A DNA stretch of 64,000 nt from Deltaproteobacteria bacterium (lineage in GTDB: Bacteria; Desulfobacterota; DSM-4660; Desulfatiglandales; HGW-15), in assembly GCA_016930835.1 (NCBI GenBank), contig JAFGGA010000160.1, positions 138 through 64,137 of the forward strand. Reading direction: 5' to 3'. This document shows, piece after piece, positions 39,539 through 49,644 of the stretch. The notes under the pieces were generated by a model. That model was not told the origin of the DNA and made no database searches. It was given only the letters and a program-made list of their open reading frames with translations. The translations under genes and the position numbers were made by a program. Positions within the stretch are counted from its first letter, which is position 1. The number at the start of each line of letters is the position of its first letter.

Positions 39539-41313
39539 TATACCTCCTCCTGAAAGATCCCATTTCTGTTGCGATTCAAGCCCAACCTTTCTCTTTTTAA
39601 CAGTAGCAGTTGATAACTTTCCTCCAGATTGTCTTTTGCCTTTCTAAAAGACTCCGACAATTTTACTTTATGGGCCTTTTCAATAAACTCCTCCACGGCC
39701 TGTTCGACCCCTTCCGTCGAATAATAGGGCGGCAATAATAATATTTCTCTAAACCGCTCCCTCACCGCATCTATTCCTGTATTTTCGAGTACTTCCTCCG
39801 GAACCATTCTCCCTGCCTGCTTATAGGTTTCACATATGAGATCAAAAATCTCTTTGATCAAAGGATCTGAAAGCAGGCGCCTGCAATCGTTGTCCATCAG
39901 CCTTCCCACTGTGTGCGGAAAATGGATGATCAGATTGAGGATATGCAGATCATCAAGACCTTTGGCCTTGGATTCGGAAATTTTCATCCTAAGCCGGTCG
40001 GTTTCTTGCCCCCTGGAATGACTGGACGTTATGGATTCAAGTTCCGTCATGACAACGGCTTCGGCAATACCGGTTTTCTCAGCCAGTCGCCGGGTGTAAA
40101 GGGCGCGATGCGAAGAACTGTTGATTTCAGATACAACGGGGAGTATTTCCTTTAGGAAATCGACTTGTCCCTCTACTCCTTGATGGATTTGAGCTACCTT
40201 TTGATCAAGATAAAAATCGAACAAAGGCACGGCCTTTTCGAGCCGAATCAAAAATTCATCCAATCCCCTGGTATTCGTAAAGCTGTCAGGATCATCACCT
40301 TCAGGTAAAACCATTACGCGCGCTGAAAGCCCTTCATTTTGAAAAAGAGGTAGGCTTTTTATCGCACCGCCTTTTCCGGCCGTATCCGAATCAAACACAA
40401 CCACAGCCTCATTTGTATAACCTTTAAGGTGCCGTATATGATCCACTGTCAGGGCGGTCCCCAGCGTGGCCACGGCCTCGTAAAAACCATGTTTATGCAA
40501 TGCGAGCACATCCGTATACCCTTCAACGATAACAACCCTGCCGTTCTCCCGAATGGTCGGATAGGCGGCTTGCAGCCCGTAAAGCAGCTCCCCTTTATGA
40601 AAAATAGGGGTCTCAGGCGTGTTCAGATATTTCGGCAATGTATCATCCAGGACCCGACCTCCAAGGCCCACAATCCGGTTTCGCAAATCAAATATGGGGA
40701 AGATAATCCGCCCGCGAAAACGATCGTAATAGCCGCCGTTTTTCTTAGCGATCAAGAGCCCGGCTTGGACCGCCTTGTCCAGATCAACATGCTTTTTAAC
40801 GAAAAAACGGGTCAATCCATCCCAATCAGCGGACGCGAATCCGATTTTGAATCTCCCGACCACATCCGAAGAAATAGATCGACGGTCCAGATATTCACGG
40901 CCTGCCCGCCCTTTCGCCGATTCAAGTAGCATATGATGATAATATTCAACAGCCGATTCATTAATCTTAACCAGGATTTCTTTTGAATCCATGATCTGCT
41001 TTTGGGCTGGGGTTAATTTTCTTTCAGGTAAAATAATATGATATTTCTCCGCCAAATCACGCACGGCCTGCGGGAAAGAAACCTTGTGATATTCCATCCA
41101 AAAACGAAAGATATCACCACCCACTTTACACCCAAAACAGTGAAACATCTGTTTTGCGGGACTCACCGTAAAAGAGGGGGTCTTTTCCGAATGAAAGGGG
41201 CATAGGCCCAGGAAATTCCGGCCAGCCTTTTTGAGTTGGACGTATTGTCCGATTAACTCTGTAATATCCGCTGCCTTTCTAATTTCTTCTTTGGCGGCTT
41301 GATACGCATCCAT
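39538..41313 (-). CDS. dnaG: DNA primase
   Basis: Zinc-binding domain [28 protein letters not shown] polymerase core, and TOPRIM domain [12 protein letters not shown]...VVFDSDTAG. It overlaps the rpoD start by 1 nt. Confidence 0.95.
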   Translation of the reverse strand: MDAYQAAKEEIRKAADITELIGQYVQLKKAGRNFLGLCPFHSEKTPSFTVSPAKQMFHCFGCKVGGDIFRFWMEYHKVSFPQAVRDLAEKYHIILPERKLTPAQKQIMDSKEILVKINESAVEYYHHMLLESAKGRAGREYLDRRSISSDVVGRFKIGFASADWDGLTRFFVKKHVDLDKAVQAGLLIAKKNGGYYDRFRGRIIFPIFDLRNRIVGLGGRVLDDTLPKYLNTPETPIFHKGELLYGLQAAYPTIRENGRVVIVEGYTDVLALHKHGFYEAVATLGTALTVDHIRHLKGYTNEAVVVFDSDTAGKGGAIKSLPLFQNEGLSARVMVLPEGDDPDSFTNTRGLDEFLIRLEKAVPLFDFYLDQKVAQIHQGVEGQVDFLKEILPVVSEINSSSHRALYTRRLAEKTGIAEAVVMTELESITSSHSRGQETDRLRMKISESKAKGLDDLHILNLIIHFPHTVGRLMDNDCRRLLSDPLIKEIFDLICETYKQAGRMVPEEVLENTGIDAVRERFREILLLPPYYSTEGVEQAVEEFIEKAHKVKLSESFRKAKDNLEESYQLLLLKRERLGLNRNRNGIFQEEV

Positions 41314-41338
41314 ATTTACAAGATAACCCCTTGAGTAC

Positions 41339-43690
41339 TCAAGTCAACTCCACTATCGTGATGGCATCTCCACCGGCTTGAGGGTCGGCGGCGTGGATTC
41401 GCTTCACACAATCAAATTCCTTCAGGTGATTTCGGATGGCGGATTTCAATCTCCCGGTCCCATGGCCGTGGATAATCCGCAGGGACAATTCCCCTTCAAC
41501 CATGGTCTTATCAAGAACCCTGTCAATCAAAGCCAAGGCATCCTCAACCCTGTACCCGATGAGATTAATCTCGCGGTCAAATGGGCCGATTGGATGCAAA
41601 AAAGGTTTCCCGGGTGATTCCGCCGGAGCCGGTCTCCCTCCAGAGGAAAGAGTCTCCAGATCATTCATGCCCACCGAAAGCTTAATATTCCCGGACAGAA
41701 TCAGTGCCTTGGAATTATCCCAATCCAAGGAAACAATCCGTCCGCTCTGGCCTAACCGTTTATGACGAACCCATTGTCCTTCCTTCAGTCTCGGAGTAGC
41801 ACCATTTCCGATGGATGTATCTTGGAAATGATCCTTTAATTTCCTTGTGATCTCATCAAATTGCCGGACAAACCGCTTTTGAGTTCCTTCCCTATTCCGA
41901 AACGAATTGATGATCCTTCTAAAAGACTCTCGAGATTCACGGATCAACTCATCCGCCTCGGCTGCTTTTTTTTGTAAAGTGGACTCTTTCTCCGCTTCCA
42001 AACGCTTTAAGGTCAAAAGCATCTTTTCTCTGGCGGAATGAAATCTTTCTCTAGCACGGAGAGCTTCCAACTTTTCTGTGTCAGCATCGTGTTTTAATCG
42101 ATTCAATTTATCGATCAATCGATTCAGACGGACTTCATCCTCATCCAGATATTGTTTTGCTCTTTGAATGAATTGTTCATCGATACCGTGGTTTTGCGCT
42201 ATTTCAAAAGCATAACTCGTACCCGGAGTGCCATAAACCAGATGAAAAGTCGGGCTGTTCGTCGCCTCATCAAATTCCATGGATGCATTCTTAACCTTCT
42301 CGCTGAGTAATCCATAGGACTTCAAGCGATTGTAATGAGTGGAAACGGCAACCAAAGCGCCCATTTGGGATAGATCATCAATCAACGCCATCGCTAAAGC
42401 AGCGCCTTCATCAGGGTCCGTGCCCATCCCTGGTTCATCAATAATGACCAGGCTATTAGCGTCGGCATGATCCAATATATATTTCAAATAACTCGCATGG
42501 GCTGAAAAAGTGCTTAATCCGGCTTGAATGTCCTGGTCATCACCTATTTCCGCGAAAAAATGCTTAAAGACCGGCAACCGGCCCCCTTCTGCCACGGGGA
42601 TGTGGAGCCCTGCCTGCGCCATCATGCTTAACAGGCCGAGTGTTTTTAATGTAACCGTCTTTCCACCTCTGTTTGGTCCGGAAAGGATTATCACGTTGAT
42701 GTCCTTATCCAGTACGATATCCAGAGGGATGGTCGGGTTATCCGGGGTTGACATGGCCATAAGGATCGGGTTTTTTGCCCCTTTAAGATCCACAACACCT
42801 TCTTGATTCATCATGGGCCTGATCCCATTCACTTCAATGCTGTAACGCGCCCTTGCCAAAAGCCCATCTAATTTCGTTAAAAGCCCCTGAGCCAAAGACA
42901 ATGCTTCGGATGCCTCCCTGACCCTATCGGTCAAACCGGTCAGTATCTTATACTCTTCCTCCTTTTCTAGATAACTCAATTCCCCTAAACGATTATTATT
43001 TTCCACGACTTCGAGGGGTTCTAAAAAGCACGTGGCTTTAGTATGTGAGTAATCGTGAATGATTCCCTGGATGGCGCTTTTCCTGTCGGTCCGGACAGGG
43101 ATGACATACCGCCCGTCTCGAATGGATACGAGATGGTCCTCCTCTCCTGAATACCCATCCAAGGAGCCTTTGATCTCTTCCAGACGTTTTTGGAGGCTCC
43201 TCCTTAAATCTCTTTTTTTCCGTCTGAGGTTCTTTAACTCGTGACTGGCTGAATCTTGAATCGTGCCGTTCAAATGAATGGTGTTGTTTATGGTTTTTAT
43301 CAATTCATCGAGTTGGGGGGTCCCCCTGACCAGGTCGTATAATGACGCACAAAGCTCTTGTTGGGATTGGATTGTTCTTAAAGATATCCTATTCGCCTCT
43401 GCGATCCGGACAACAGATAATAATTCCTCCGGGTTAAGGCATGAGCCCTTTGCGCGGCACTTCCTTAAAAGGGGTATAATATCACTCAGACCCTCAAAAG
43501 CAAAAAACCCCTTCATTTCCAGAAGGAGCCTCATCTCAGAGACCATTATCTGCTCATGATCAATGATACTTTGATCCGTGATGGGTTTGAGTGATAAACA
43601 ATCCGTTTGACCTAGCGGACAGGATGCATAAGAGGATAAGATACGCAATAGTTTATCAAACTCGAGTACACGAAATGTTTGATCCACCAT
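41339..43690 (-). CDS. mutS2: Endonuclease MutS2 (MutS domain V ATPase + C-terminal Smr domain)
   Basis: 783 aa. Walker A ILSGPNRGGKTVTLKT, Walker B LVIIDEPGMGTDPDEG, and a C-terminal Smr domain (LRIIHGHGTGRLKSAIRNHL). Confidence 0.95.
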   Translation of the reverse strand: MVDQTFRVLEFDKLLRILSSYASCPLGQTDCLSLKPITDQSIIDHEQIMVSEMRLLLEMKGFFAFEGLSDIIPLLRKCRAKGSCLNPEELLSVVRIAEANRISLRTIQSQQELCASLYDLVRGTPQLDELIKTINNTIHLNGTIQDSASHELKNLRRKKRDLRRSLQKRLEEIKGSLDGYSGEEDHLVSIRDGRYVIPVRTDRKSAIQGIIHDYSHTKATCFLEPLEVVENNNRLGELSYLEKEEEYKILTGLTDRVREASEALSLAQGLLTKLDGLLARARYSIEVNGIRPMMNQEGVVDLKGAKNPILMAMSTPDNPTIPLDIVLDKDINVIILSGPNRGGKTVTLKTLGLLSMMAQAGLHIPVAEGGRLPVFKHFFAEIGDDQDIQAGLSTFSAHASYLKYILDHADANSLVIIDEPGMGTDPDEGAALAMALIDDLSQMGALVAVSTHYNRLKSYGLLSEKVKNASMEFDEATNSPTFHLVYGTPGTSYAFEIAQNHGIDEQFIQRAKQYLDEDEVRLNRLIDKLNRLKHDADTEKLEALRARERFHSAREKMLLTLKRLEAEKESTLQKKAAEADELIRESRESFRRIINSFRNREGTQKRFVRQFDEITRKLKDHFQDTSIGNGATPRLKEGQWVRHKRLGQSGRIVSLDWDNSKALILSGNIKLSVGMNDLETLSSGGRPAPAESPGKPFLHPIGPFDREINLIGYRVEDALALIDRVLDKTMVEGELSLRIIHGHGTGRLKSAIRNHLKEFDCVKRIHAADPQAGGDAITIVELT

Positions 43691-43695
43691 GTGGG

Positions 43696-44139
43696 CTAAC
43701 CCAGCAATCTTTTAGCAATTTCATTAACCTCTTGACCCTGTGCCCTCCCAGCCATTCGAGCCATAGCGGTCTTCATGACCCTTCCCAGGTCTTTTGACCC
43801 CTCGGCCGATAATTCAGAAATAGTCTCCTTTAAAATTTTCTCAATCTCGGATGATTCAAGCTGTTGTGGTAAATACGCATGATATACCTCAATCTCTCTT
43901 TCTTCCTTTACAGCCAGATCTTCACGATGTCCTTTTCTAAACTCCTTGGCTGCATCCCGTCCTTTTCGAATAAGGGATGAAACGGCCGATTGAATTTCAG
44001 CATCGGTTAAGTCCTGTCCCTTTTCCACCTGCCTGTTTTTCAAATCAGACTTGAGCATTCTCAGGCTGGATAAGCGAATCTCGTCCTTGGCCTTTATCGC
44101 CATGGTTAGGTCTTCAGTTATTTTCCGCAATATCGACAT
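43696..44139 (-). CDS. yqeY: GatB/YqeY domain-containing protein
   Basis: The MSILRKITEDLTMAIKAKDEIRLSSLRMLKS start and the length (~147 aa) match the YqeY family. The track start at 44193 is a TTG extension without family similarity. Confidence 0.8.
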   Translation of the reverse strand: MSILRKITEDLTMAIKAKDEIRLSSLRMLKSDLKNRQVEKGQDLTDAEIQSAVSSLIRKGRDAAKEFRKGHREDLAVKEEREIEVYHAYLPQQLESSEIEKILKETISELSAEGSKDLGRVMKTAMARMAGRAQGQEVNEIAKRLLG

Positions 44140-44249
44140 GATTTCGTTGGATAAGATTATGGGTGCTTGCTTCAGGAGAAAAACCAAAATCAAATTTGAA
44201 CATTAAAATATATGGATTTCATTATTATAAGTCAATAAAAAATATCCAA

Positions 44250-44978
44250 TTATCGGCTTTTTGAAAGTTTTATTGCTTCAGATAAAATCAATGTCCCCTC
44301 ATAAATGGCTCTTCCGGTAATGACACCCATGACACCATATTTTTCAATCGCCATTAGTCTTTTAATATCCGCCATCTCCGAGACACCACCCGATGCAATA
44401 ACAGGTATTTTGATGTTCATGGAAAGATTTTTTGTGGCCTCGATATTGGGGCCGGTACGCATGCCGTCACGCTCGATATCGGTATAAATCACCGCCGAAA
44501 TATCCACATCGCCGAAACTTTTTATCATCTCCAATGGGCTCACATCCGTTTTTTCAGTCCAGCCTTCAACAGCCACATGACCTTGACTGGCATCAATGCC
44601 CAGGATGATTCGACCCGGATATTTCCCGCAGGCCTGATGAACAAATCCCGGATCTTTATACGCGACCGTCCCGAGAATGACAAAACGGACACCCAGGTCA
44701 AGATACGCATCAATGATCTCCATATCCCGTATGCCGCCGCCTAATTCGATAGGTATGGGAACGGATCGAACAATCCGTTGAATAACCGATTCATTTACAG
44801 GTCGTCCTTTTATCGCCCCATCCAGATCCACGATATGGATCCGTTCCGCCCCTTCATGATACCACCTCAAGGCCTCTTCCTCGGGAACCTCTGAATATAA
44901 GGTCTCCTCCGACATGCGTCCTTGTTTCAGTCTGACACAACGACCATTTTTAATATCTATGGCTGGAATAACAAGCAC
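44250..44978 (-). CDS. hisA: ProFAR isomerase (histidine biosynthesis HisA)
   Basis: MLVIPAIDIKNGRCVRLKQG, IHIVDLDGA, ELGGGIR, and a second phosphate-binding half with ASGGVS. Confidence 0.9.
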   Translation of the reverse strand: MLVIPAIDIKNGRCVRLKQGRMSEETLYSEVPEEEALRWYHEGAERIHIVDLDGAIKGRPVNESVIQRIVRSVPIPIELGGGIRDMEIIDAYLDLGVRFVILGTVAYKDPGFVHQACGKYPGRIILGIDASQGHVAVEGWTEKTDVSPLEMIKSFGDVDISAVIYTDIERDGMRTGPNIEATKNLSMNIKIPVIASGGVSEMADIKRLMAIEKYGVMGVITGRAIYEGTLILSEAIKLSKSR

Positions 44979-45008
44979 GATGAACTCCAGGTTTCCGGAT
45001 AAAAACCA

Positions 45009-45599
45009 TTATAAAATGCCCTTCGTCGAAGGCACGGCCCCGTCAAGCCGCTTCTCCATGCTAACGGCCATATCCAGAGCCCTGCCGAAGGCCTTGAAAA
45101 TGGATTCGGCGACATGATGTGGATCTTTACCGGATAAAAGATCAATATGAAGGGTCATTCCGGCATCATTCACAACGGCCTTAAAGAACTCGCGAACAAG
45201 ATTGATATCGAAATGCCCGGTCATGGTCTTTCTAAGAGGTACGCGGTACGCCAAAAAAGGTCGATTGGATAGATCTATGACGACCCTGGCCAACGCCTCA
45301 TCCATGGGAACAATGGCGATGCCATAACGTTTGATGCCTTTTTTTTCTCCTAAGGCCCCTTGGAGCGCCCTGCCCAGACAAATCCCCAGATCTTCCACCG
45401 TATGATGAAAATCGATCTCCGTGTCCCCGGAAGCGGTTAATTGTATATCCATGAAGCCATGAGCGGTCATCAAGGTAAGCATATGGTCAATGAACGGTAT
45501 ACCCGTCTTGATATCAGCCTTCCCCGTTCCATCCAGATTCAGGTTGAGATTGATATCCGTCTCCTTTGTTTTTCTGGTGATAGTGGCCTTCCTATTCAT
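45009..45599 (-). CDS. hisB: Imidazoleglycerol-phosphate dehydratase
   Basis: Contains RKTKETDINLNLNLDG, GIPFIDHMLT, GDTEIDFHHTVEDLGI and GKDPHHVAESIFKAFGRAL. Confidence 0.95.
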   Translation of the reverse strand: MNRKATITRKTKETDINLNLNLDGTGKADIKTGIPFIDHMLTLMTAHGFMDIQLTASGDTEIDFHHTVEDLGICLGRALQGALGEKKGIKRYGIAIVPMDEALARVVIDLSNRPFLAYRVPLRKTMTGHFDINLVREFFKAVVNDAGMTLHIDLLSGKDPHHVAESIFKAFGRALDMAVSMEKRLDGAVPSTKGIL

Positions 45600-45750
45600 A
45601 GAAGAAGCTCCAATCGTTGTTTAATGCCCCATTCCCATAAAACGGACGACAATATAGTAAAAAAGGCATGAAAACACGGGCAAATTCTTTGAAGTGATTG
45701 AGACAATTCCATTCTTCCGTGGTATATCCATGGCAAAGGGATAATCTTTT

Positions 45751-45782
45751 TGGTGGAGATGAAGGGGATCGAACCCCTGACC
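45751..45782 (-). other. Orphan tRNA 3' fragment (T-arm + 3' acceptor strand + encoded CCA)
   Basis: The minus strand reads GGTC AGGGG TTCGATC CCCTT CATCTCC A CCA. No matching 5' acceptor strand (GGAGATG) or D/anticodon arms lie within 120 nt upstream. Confidence 0.6.
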
Positions 45783-46066
45783 GGGATGATGTGAACATGT
45801 TTAATGATCACCATAATTTATCCAAAAGTAAGCATAATGAATAAAAAAATCAGCCGCTTATCTCCGCTCCCCCATTACTGTTGATCAAAGTGATATAACA
45901 AGAATACAAATGATTTTGCAAGGTATTTCAAAACGATTGTTACCCAATGTGCCCCTAAGATGAAGATCCACCATGAATTCAAATGCCCCGCCAGGCATCA
46001 CGCGCATTAGCCCTATATATTGATATTATTACTTGACTTTACCGCAATGTGTAGTATAAACTCTAT

Positions 46067-46179
46067 TATCATGAATGTAAAGGATGTTTCTGAAACAACT
46101 TTCAGCCTAACAGACATTTTCATCTTATAAACATCATTCCGGCCAAACATTCTCCTTGAGGATGCTTGGCCTTTTTATT
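46067..46179 (+). ncRNA. Candidate small transcript (sRNA or 19-codon small ORF) defined by a promoter-like element and a terminator
   Basis: TTGACT (46033-46038), a 16-nt spacer, then TATAAA (46055-46060). There is an internal hairpin CTGAAA-CAAC-TTTCAG. The terminator-like hairpin is GGCCAAACATTCTCC...GGATGCTTGGCC followed by TTTTTATT (46141-46179). The region also contains the ORF ATG 46071 MNVKDVSETTFSLTDIFIL, which has no SD. Confidence 0.3.
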
Positions 46180-46382
46180 GAAGGATTGAGTGGAGCCGTT
46201 CCCGGTCTTTCCCCCGATACCTCGGAGTGGAGTCTTTGTCCGGCGAAGAGATCTCATGGCAATAAAGCGTAGATAAATCCGCTTTTTCGAAGAGAACATT
46301 TGTTTAAGGTTGAATCTACCTGGATTTCAGGGTAATGAAATATTCTTGACCTTGCCGGTCAATGAACACTTAAGTTACCATT

Positions 46383-47081
46383 ATGAACAATCAAATCGAT
46401 TTTTCAGATATCTTTTCTCGATCCGGTTGGTTTGTCGGCTTTGAAGAGGATAAACTACCCGATATTTTCAGCTTTGGTCATCGGCGCGTTTATGAATCGG
46501 GTGTCACACTGTTTCGCGAGGGAGACCATGCCACAAAGTCCTATATGGTCCTAAAAGGACGTCTCAAGGTGAGTAAGCTGCATGAAGACGGTAGAGAGGC
46601 GATTGTTCGGTACATCAATCCCGGCGAGATGACCGCCGCGGTCTCTGTCTTAAAAGGAAAAGATTATCCTGTCACGGCACAGGCCATCGGCCCCTCGGAG
46701 GCTCTCGAATGGGATCGGGAAACCATGCTGAATCTCATGAACACCTATCCACGAATAGCGATCAACTTGCTGGGTATTGTGGTTGAACGCCTGGATGATA
46801 TTCAAACCCGTTATCTGGAATTGCAAACGGAACGTGTGGAACAGCGTATCGCAAGATCCCTGCTGCGCATCATGAGACAATCGGGCCGCAAGACCTCCGA
46901 AGGTATCCTGATCGATTTCCGCCTCAGTCGACAGGATCTGGCCGATTATACAGGTACCACCCTCTACACCGTGAGCCGCACACTCAGTCGCTGGGAACAA
47001 AAGGGGTGGACCGTATCGAGCCGTGAACGTATTGTTGTGACCAATCCCCACGCCCTGGTGAGCTTTGCCGAAACCGGCTGA
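46383..47081 (+). CDS. Crp/Fnr-family transcriptional regulator (HcpR-like candidate)
   Basis: 232 aa. It has an N-terminal cNMP-binding-like beta-roll (LFREGDHATKSYMVLKGRLKV), a dimerisation helix, and the C-terminal HTH RQDLADYTGTTLYTVSRTLSRWEQKG. It contains no cysteine at all. Confidence 0.9.
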   Translation: MNNQIDFSDIFSRSGWFVGFEEDKLPDIFSFGHRRVYESGVTLFREGDHATKSYMVLKGRLKVSKLHEDGREAIVRYINPGEMTAAVSVLKGKDYPVTAQAIGPSEALEWDRETMLNLMNTYPRIAINLLGIVVERLDDIQTRYLELQTERVEQRIARSLLRIMRQSGRKTSEGILIDFRLSRQDLADYTGTTLYTVSRTLSRWEQKGWTVSSRERIVVTNPHALVSFAETG

Positions 47082-47157
47082 CCGGCAGTGTGTTTATTTC
47101 AATATCGTCATAACGCCTGCTTCTTGTCAAATGACTTTTCATCTCTGCATCCCCCTA

Positions 47158-47173
47158 TTTGCGCCGGCGCAAA
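47158..47173. promoter_or_regulatory. Perfect 16-bp palindrome TTTGCGCCGGCGCAAA (Crp/Fnr-geometry site TTGCG-N4-CGCAA), copy 1
   Basis: Exact self-complementary 16-mer followed by GAC, upstream of the lipoprotein-like/MFP/RND unit. A -10-like GAAAAT (47196-47201) lies ~30 nt from the site centre. Confidence 0.55.
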
Positions 47174-47347
47174 GACACGATCTCTTGGATTTCGTGAAAA
47201 TCTAAGGCTGATACTTACCGGATTGACGGAAAAGCCGCATAAGACCGCACCCGGAGCTCTCCAGATTGGGTTTAAAATCCATTCAGGAAATAGATTCACC
47301 CATAAGTTTTTGATATAATGAGAAAAAATCCAATTAAGGAGAAAAAA

Positions 47348-48097
47348 ATGAAAACAGATTTTATTAATCTCCCCATTTTCTTTTTCGCGGCGGTTTTTTT
47401 GTCCATGATAACAACTTGTAAATCCACCGAAACGCAATTTCAATCCGCCCAGGACCAAGACCCCTTACCGGGAGGTGAAACCGCTTGGACCCTCGATGTT
47501 GACAAATCGGAGAGAAGCCTAATTAACCCTCCCGATAAAATCCCCTGGTTTTCCGGGATATTATTACGGCAGGCAGAGAAAGAATTTGAAAAAGAACTTC
47601 TTCCGGGCCGAATATTGACCTGGTCTACAGATTTGGGAGTGGCATCCGGGTGCTTGGAATATTTCATAGAAAAAGGGGCGAGAAAGATTTTGGATCCTCG
47701 CATGCTTTGCCTGCTCAGGATGCAGGTCTCTTATTTTGTATCCTGCGCCTTTGCGATAGATGTCAATTCCGCGCAATATAAAGATTACCGGATAACTGAA
47801 GAGGAGCTACAAGGACTACAGGGTCTGAAGGAACTTGATACAATCGAGAGCTTTACGGAAAAAGAATTGGTTGCACTGAAGTATGCGATTGCTCTTTCCA
47901 AAACGCCGGTAAGTTTTTCCGGGAAGCTCTTGGAAGATCTTCGCCGCCTGTTTTCCAACAAGGAGATTGTTGCCATCGCAAGCCTTTCAGCAAAAGTCAA
48001 TTACTGGGCCCGCGTGATTGAGGCATGGAGGATAAAACCTGCGGGGTATACGGATGATCCCCTTTTAAAACTTGAACAATATAGCACTTATGAATGA
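47348..48097 (+). CDS. Secreted or lipoprotein-like protein with weak AhpD/carboxymuconolactone-decarboxylase-like C-terminal region
   Basis: I prefer the start at ATG 47348 (AAGGAG 7 nt upstream) to the track start at 47318. Signal-like N-terminus MKTDFINLPIFFFAAVFLSMITTC. The C-terminal block ELVALKYAIALSKTP...IVAIASLSAKVNYWARV is CMD-like but lacks CxxC. Confidence 0.5.
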   Translation: MKTDFINLPIFFFAAVFLSMITTCKSTETQFQSAQDQDPLPGGETAWTLDVDKSERSLINPPDKIPWFSGILLRQAEKEFEKELLPGRILTWSTDLGVASGCLEYFIEKGARKILDPRMLCLLRMQVSYFVSCAFAIDVNSAQYKDYRITEEELQGLQGLKELDTIESFTEKELVALKYAIALSKTPVSFSGKLLEDLRRLFSNKEIVAIASLSAKVNYWARVIEAWRIKPAGYTDDPLLKLEQYSTYE

Positions 48098-48279
48098 TCA
48101 GAATAAAAGCAGATTATTAATAAGACCATTAAACTGGTATGCCATAGGACTTTTATTCACTTATTATTCCCTACTGTATTCTCGAATGGGCTCTTGAACA
48201 ATCACCCTCACAAAAATTACGATTGCTGAAATTACTGCGAATTGTCTCCGCACAATTCATAAAATTGTAGAGGTAAATC

Positions 48280-49644
48280 ATGAATAAAACTTTTAAAGGA
48301 TTTTTGACGATCCTGCCCATTGTGGCATCGGTTTTTGTAACGGTCTACCTGGTCACACATAGAGTCGGCCCGGCACAAAAACAGACGGAAGAATCCATCA
48401 GGGCGCTTAGGGTCATTAAGACGGCTTCCATTGATCTGGTTCCTCGAGTGATTGGTTATGGGGTTGCCCGGCCCGGATGGGTGTGGGAAGCGGTTGCAGA
48501 GGTTAAGGGAACGGTATTATCGGTAAATCAGCACTTGAAATCCGGGGAATGGATTGAAGAAAAAAGCGTATTAATCCAAATAGATCCCACGGAATACGAA
48601 CTGGCGTTAGCCCGCCTGGAAGCAGGTGTTGAAGAAACCAATGCCAAAATCAAGGAACTTACTGAGGAAGAAAAGAATACCCAGAGTTTGATTGCGATTG
48701 AGCAAAGATCTTTGGAGCTTGCTCAAAAATCGTTTGATCGAAAGATTGAGGCATTAAAAAACAACACCCTTTCACAAGACACCGTGGACCGTGAGGAAAG
48801 AAATTTTCTCCAACAGAAACAGAGTGTTCAGCGTTTGGTAAACAGTCTTGCCTTAATACCCTCAAAGCGAAAAGCCCTGAATTCCGCCCTTGCCGTACAT
48901 CAATCCAACATCAAACAGGCGAGGATTGATCTGGCTAGAACGACCATAATCGCGCCCTTTGATTGCCGGTTAGGTGATGTAAGCATTGAAGCTGGGCAGT
49001 TTTTGCGGGCTGGCCAGTCCCTTTTCAAGGCCCATGGTACCGCGGTCACGGAAGTTGAGGCCCTGTTTCGGTTTGAAGAGCTGCGTAATCTCTTGAGCGA
49101 ACAGATGCGCAAGCGCTTTCAGCCGGGTTTGAGCACGGGTGAATTCAAACAGTTATTTAATGATGTTCGTGTTCTGGTCAGCCTGCAAAGCGGTGACTGG
49201 TCCGCTCAATGGGATGCCAGGATAGAAAGATTGCTTGAGGCGGTGGATCCCAAAACCAGGGAAATCAAGATAGTGGTTTCCGTTGATCGGCCCTATGAAA
49301 AAGCCATACCTGGGGAACGCCCACCTCTAACCTCAGGTATGTTCTGCCGTGTGGAGCTTCAGGGCCCGGTGAGGGCAAAAAGCATTGTTTTGCCCAGGTC
49401 CTCAATCCAAAACAACGATGTCTTCGTTATTGACCGGGAAAACCGGCTGCAGAAAAAACAGGTGGAAGTGGATTTCACCCAGTCGGAATTTGCTGTAATC
49501 AGATCCGGCGTGTCAATTGGAGAGTTGGTTGTCGTTTCTGATGCCTCCCCGGCTATTATGGGCGTAAAAGTCCTGCCGGAGATTGATGATGGCCTGCAGG
49601 AGCACATAACGACCTTGAGTCAGGGTGAGAGGGCAAAACAATGA
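48280..49644 (+). CDS. Efflux RND transporter periplasmic adaptor (membrane fusion protein)
   Basis: An N-terminal TM anchor, a coiled-coil hairpin region, and a beta-barrel block (TIIAPFDCRLGDVSIEAGQFLRAGQSLFKA). It overlaps the RND gene by 4 nt. Confidence 0.85.
   Translation: MNKTFKGFLTILPIVASVFVTVYLVTHRVGPAQKQTEESIRALRVIKTASIDLVPRVIGYGVARPGWVWEAVAEVKGTVLSVNQHLKSGEWIEEKSVLIQIDPTEYELALARLEAGVEETNAKIKELTEEEKNTQSLIAIEQRSLELAQKSFDRKIEALKNNTLSQDTVDREERNFLQQKQSVQRLVNSLALIPSKRKALNSALAVHQSNIKQARIDLARTTIIAPFDCRLGDVSIEAGQFLRAGQSLFKAHGTAVTEVEALFRFEELRNLLSEQMRKRFQPGLSTGEFKQLFNDVRVLVSLQSGDWSAQWDARIERLLEAVDPKTREIKIVVSVDRPYEKAIPGERPPLTSGMFCRVELQGPVRAKSIVLPRSSIQNNDVFVIDRENRLQKKQVEVDFTQSEFAVIRSGVSIGELVVVSDASPAIMGVKVLPEIDDGLQEHITTLSQGERAKQ

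Noticed and set aside
44140-44193. 18-codon N-terminal extension of yqeY starting at a TTG.
   Set aside because: The family N-terminus corresponds to MSILRKITEDL (ATG 44139). The extension is hydrophobic and has no SD.
45751-46110. The tRNA-like 3' end considered as the end of a tmRNA (ssrA).
   Set aside because: On the minus strand the upstream ~350 nt are AT-rich. They show no GGGG...-type 5' acceptor partner, no tag reading frame and no pseudoknot-like GC structure. The acceptor would lack the G3:U70 alanine identity pair.
47088-47458. ORFs at 47088-47318(+), 47108-47458(-), 52748-53074(-) and 53526-53717(-). The three minus-strand ones share the peptide VFAPAQ.
   Set aside because: The shared peptide is simply the translation of the repeated DNA palindrome TTGCGCCGG(C/A)GCAAAGAC. 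The ORFs otherwise lie in intergenic leaders or overlap better-supported genes. I interpreted this as a DNA-level signal, not a protein family.
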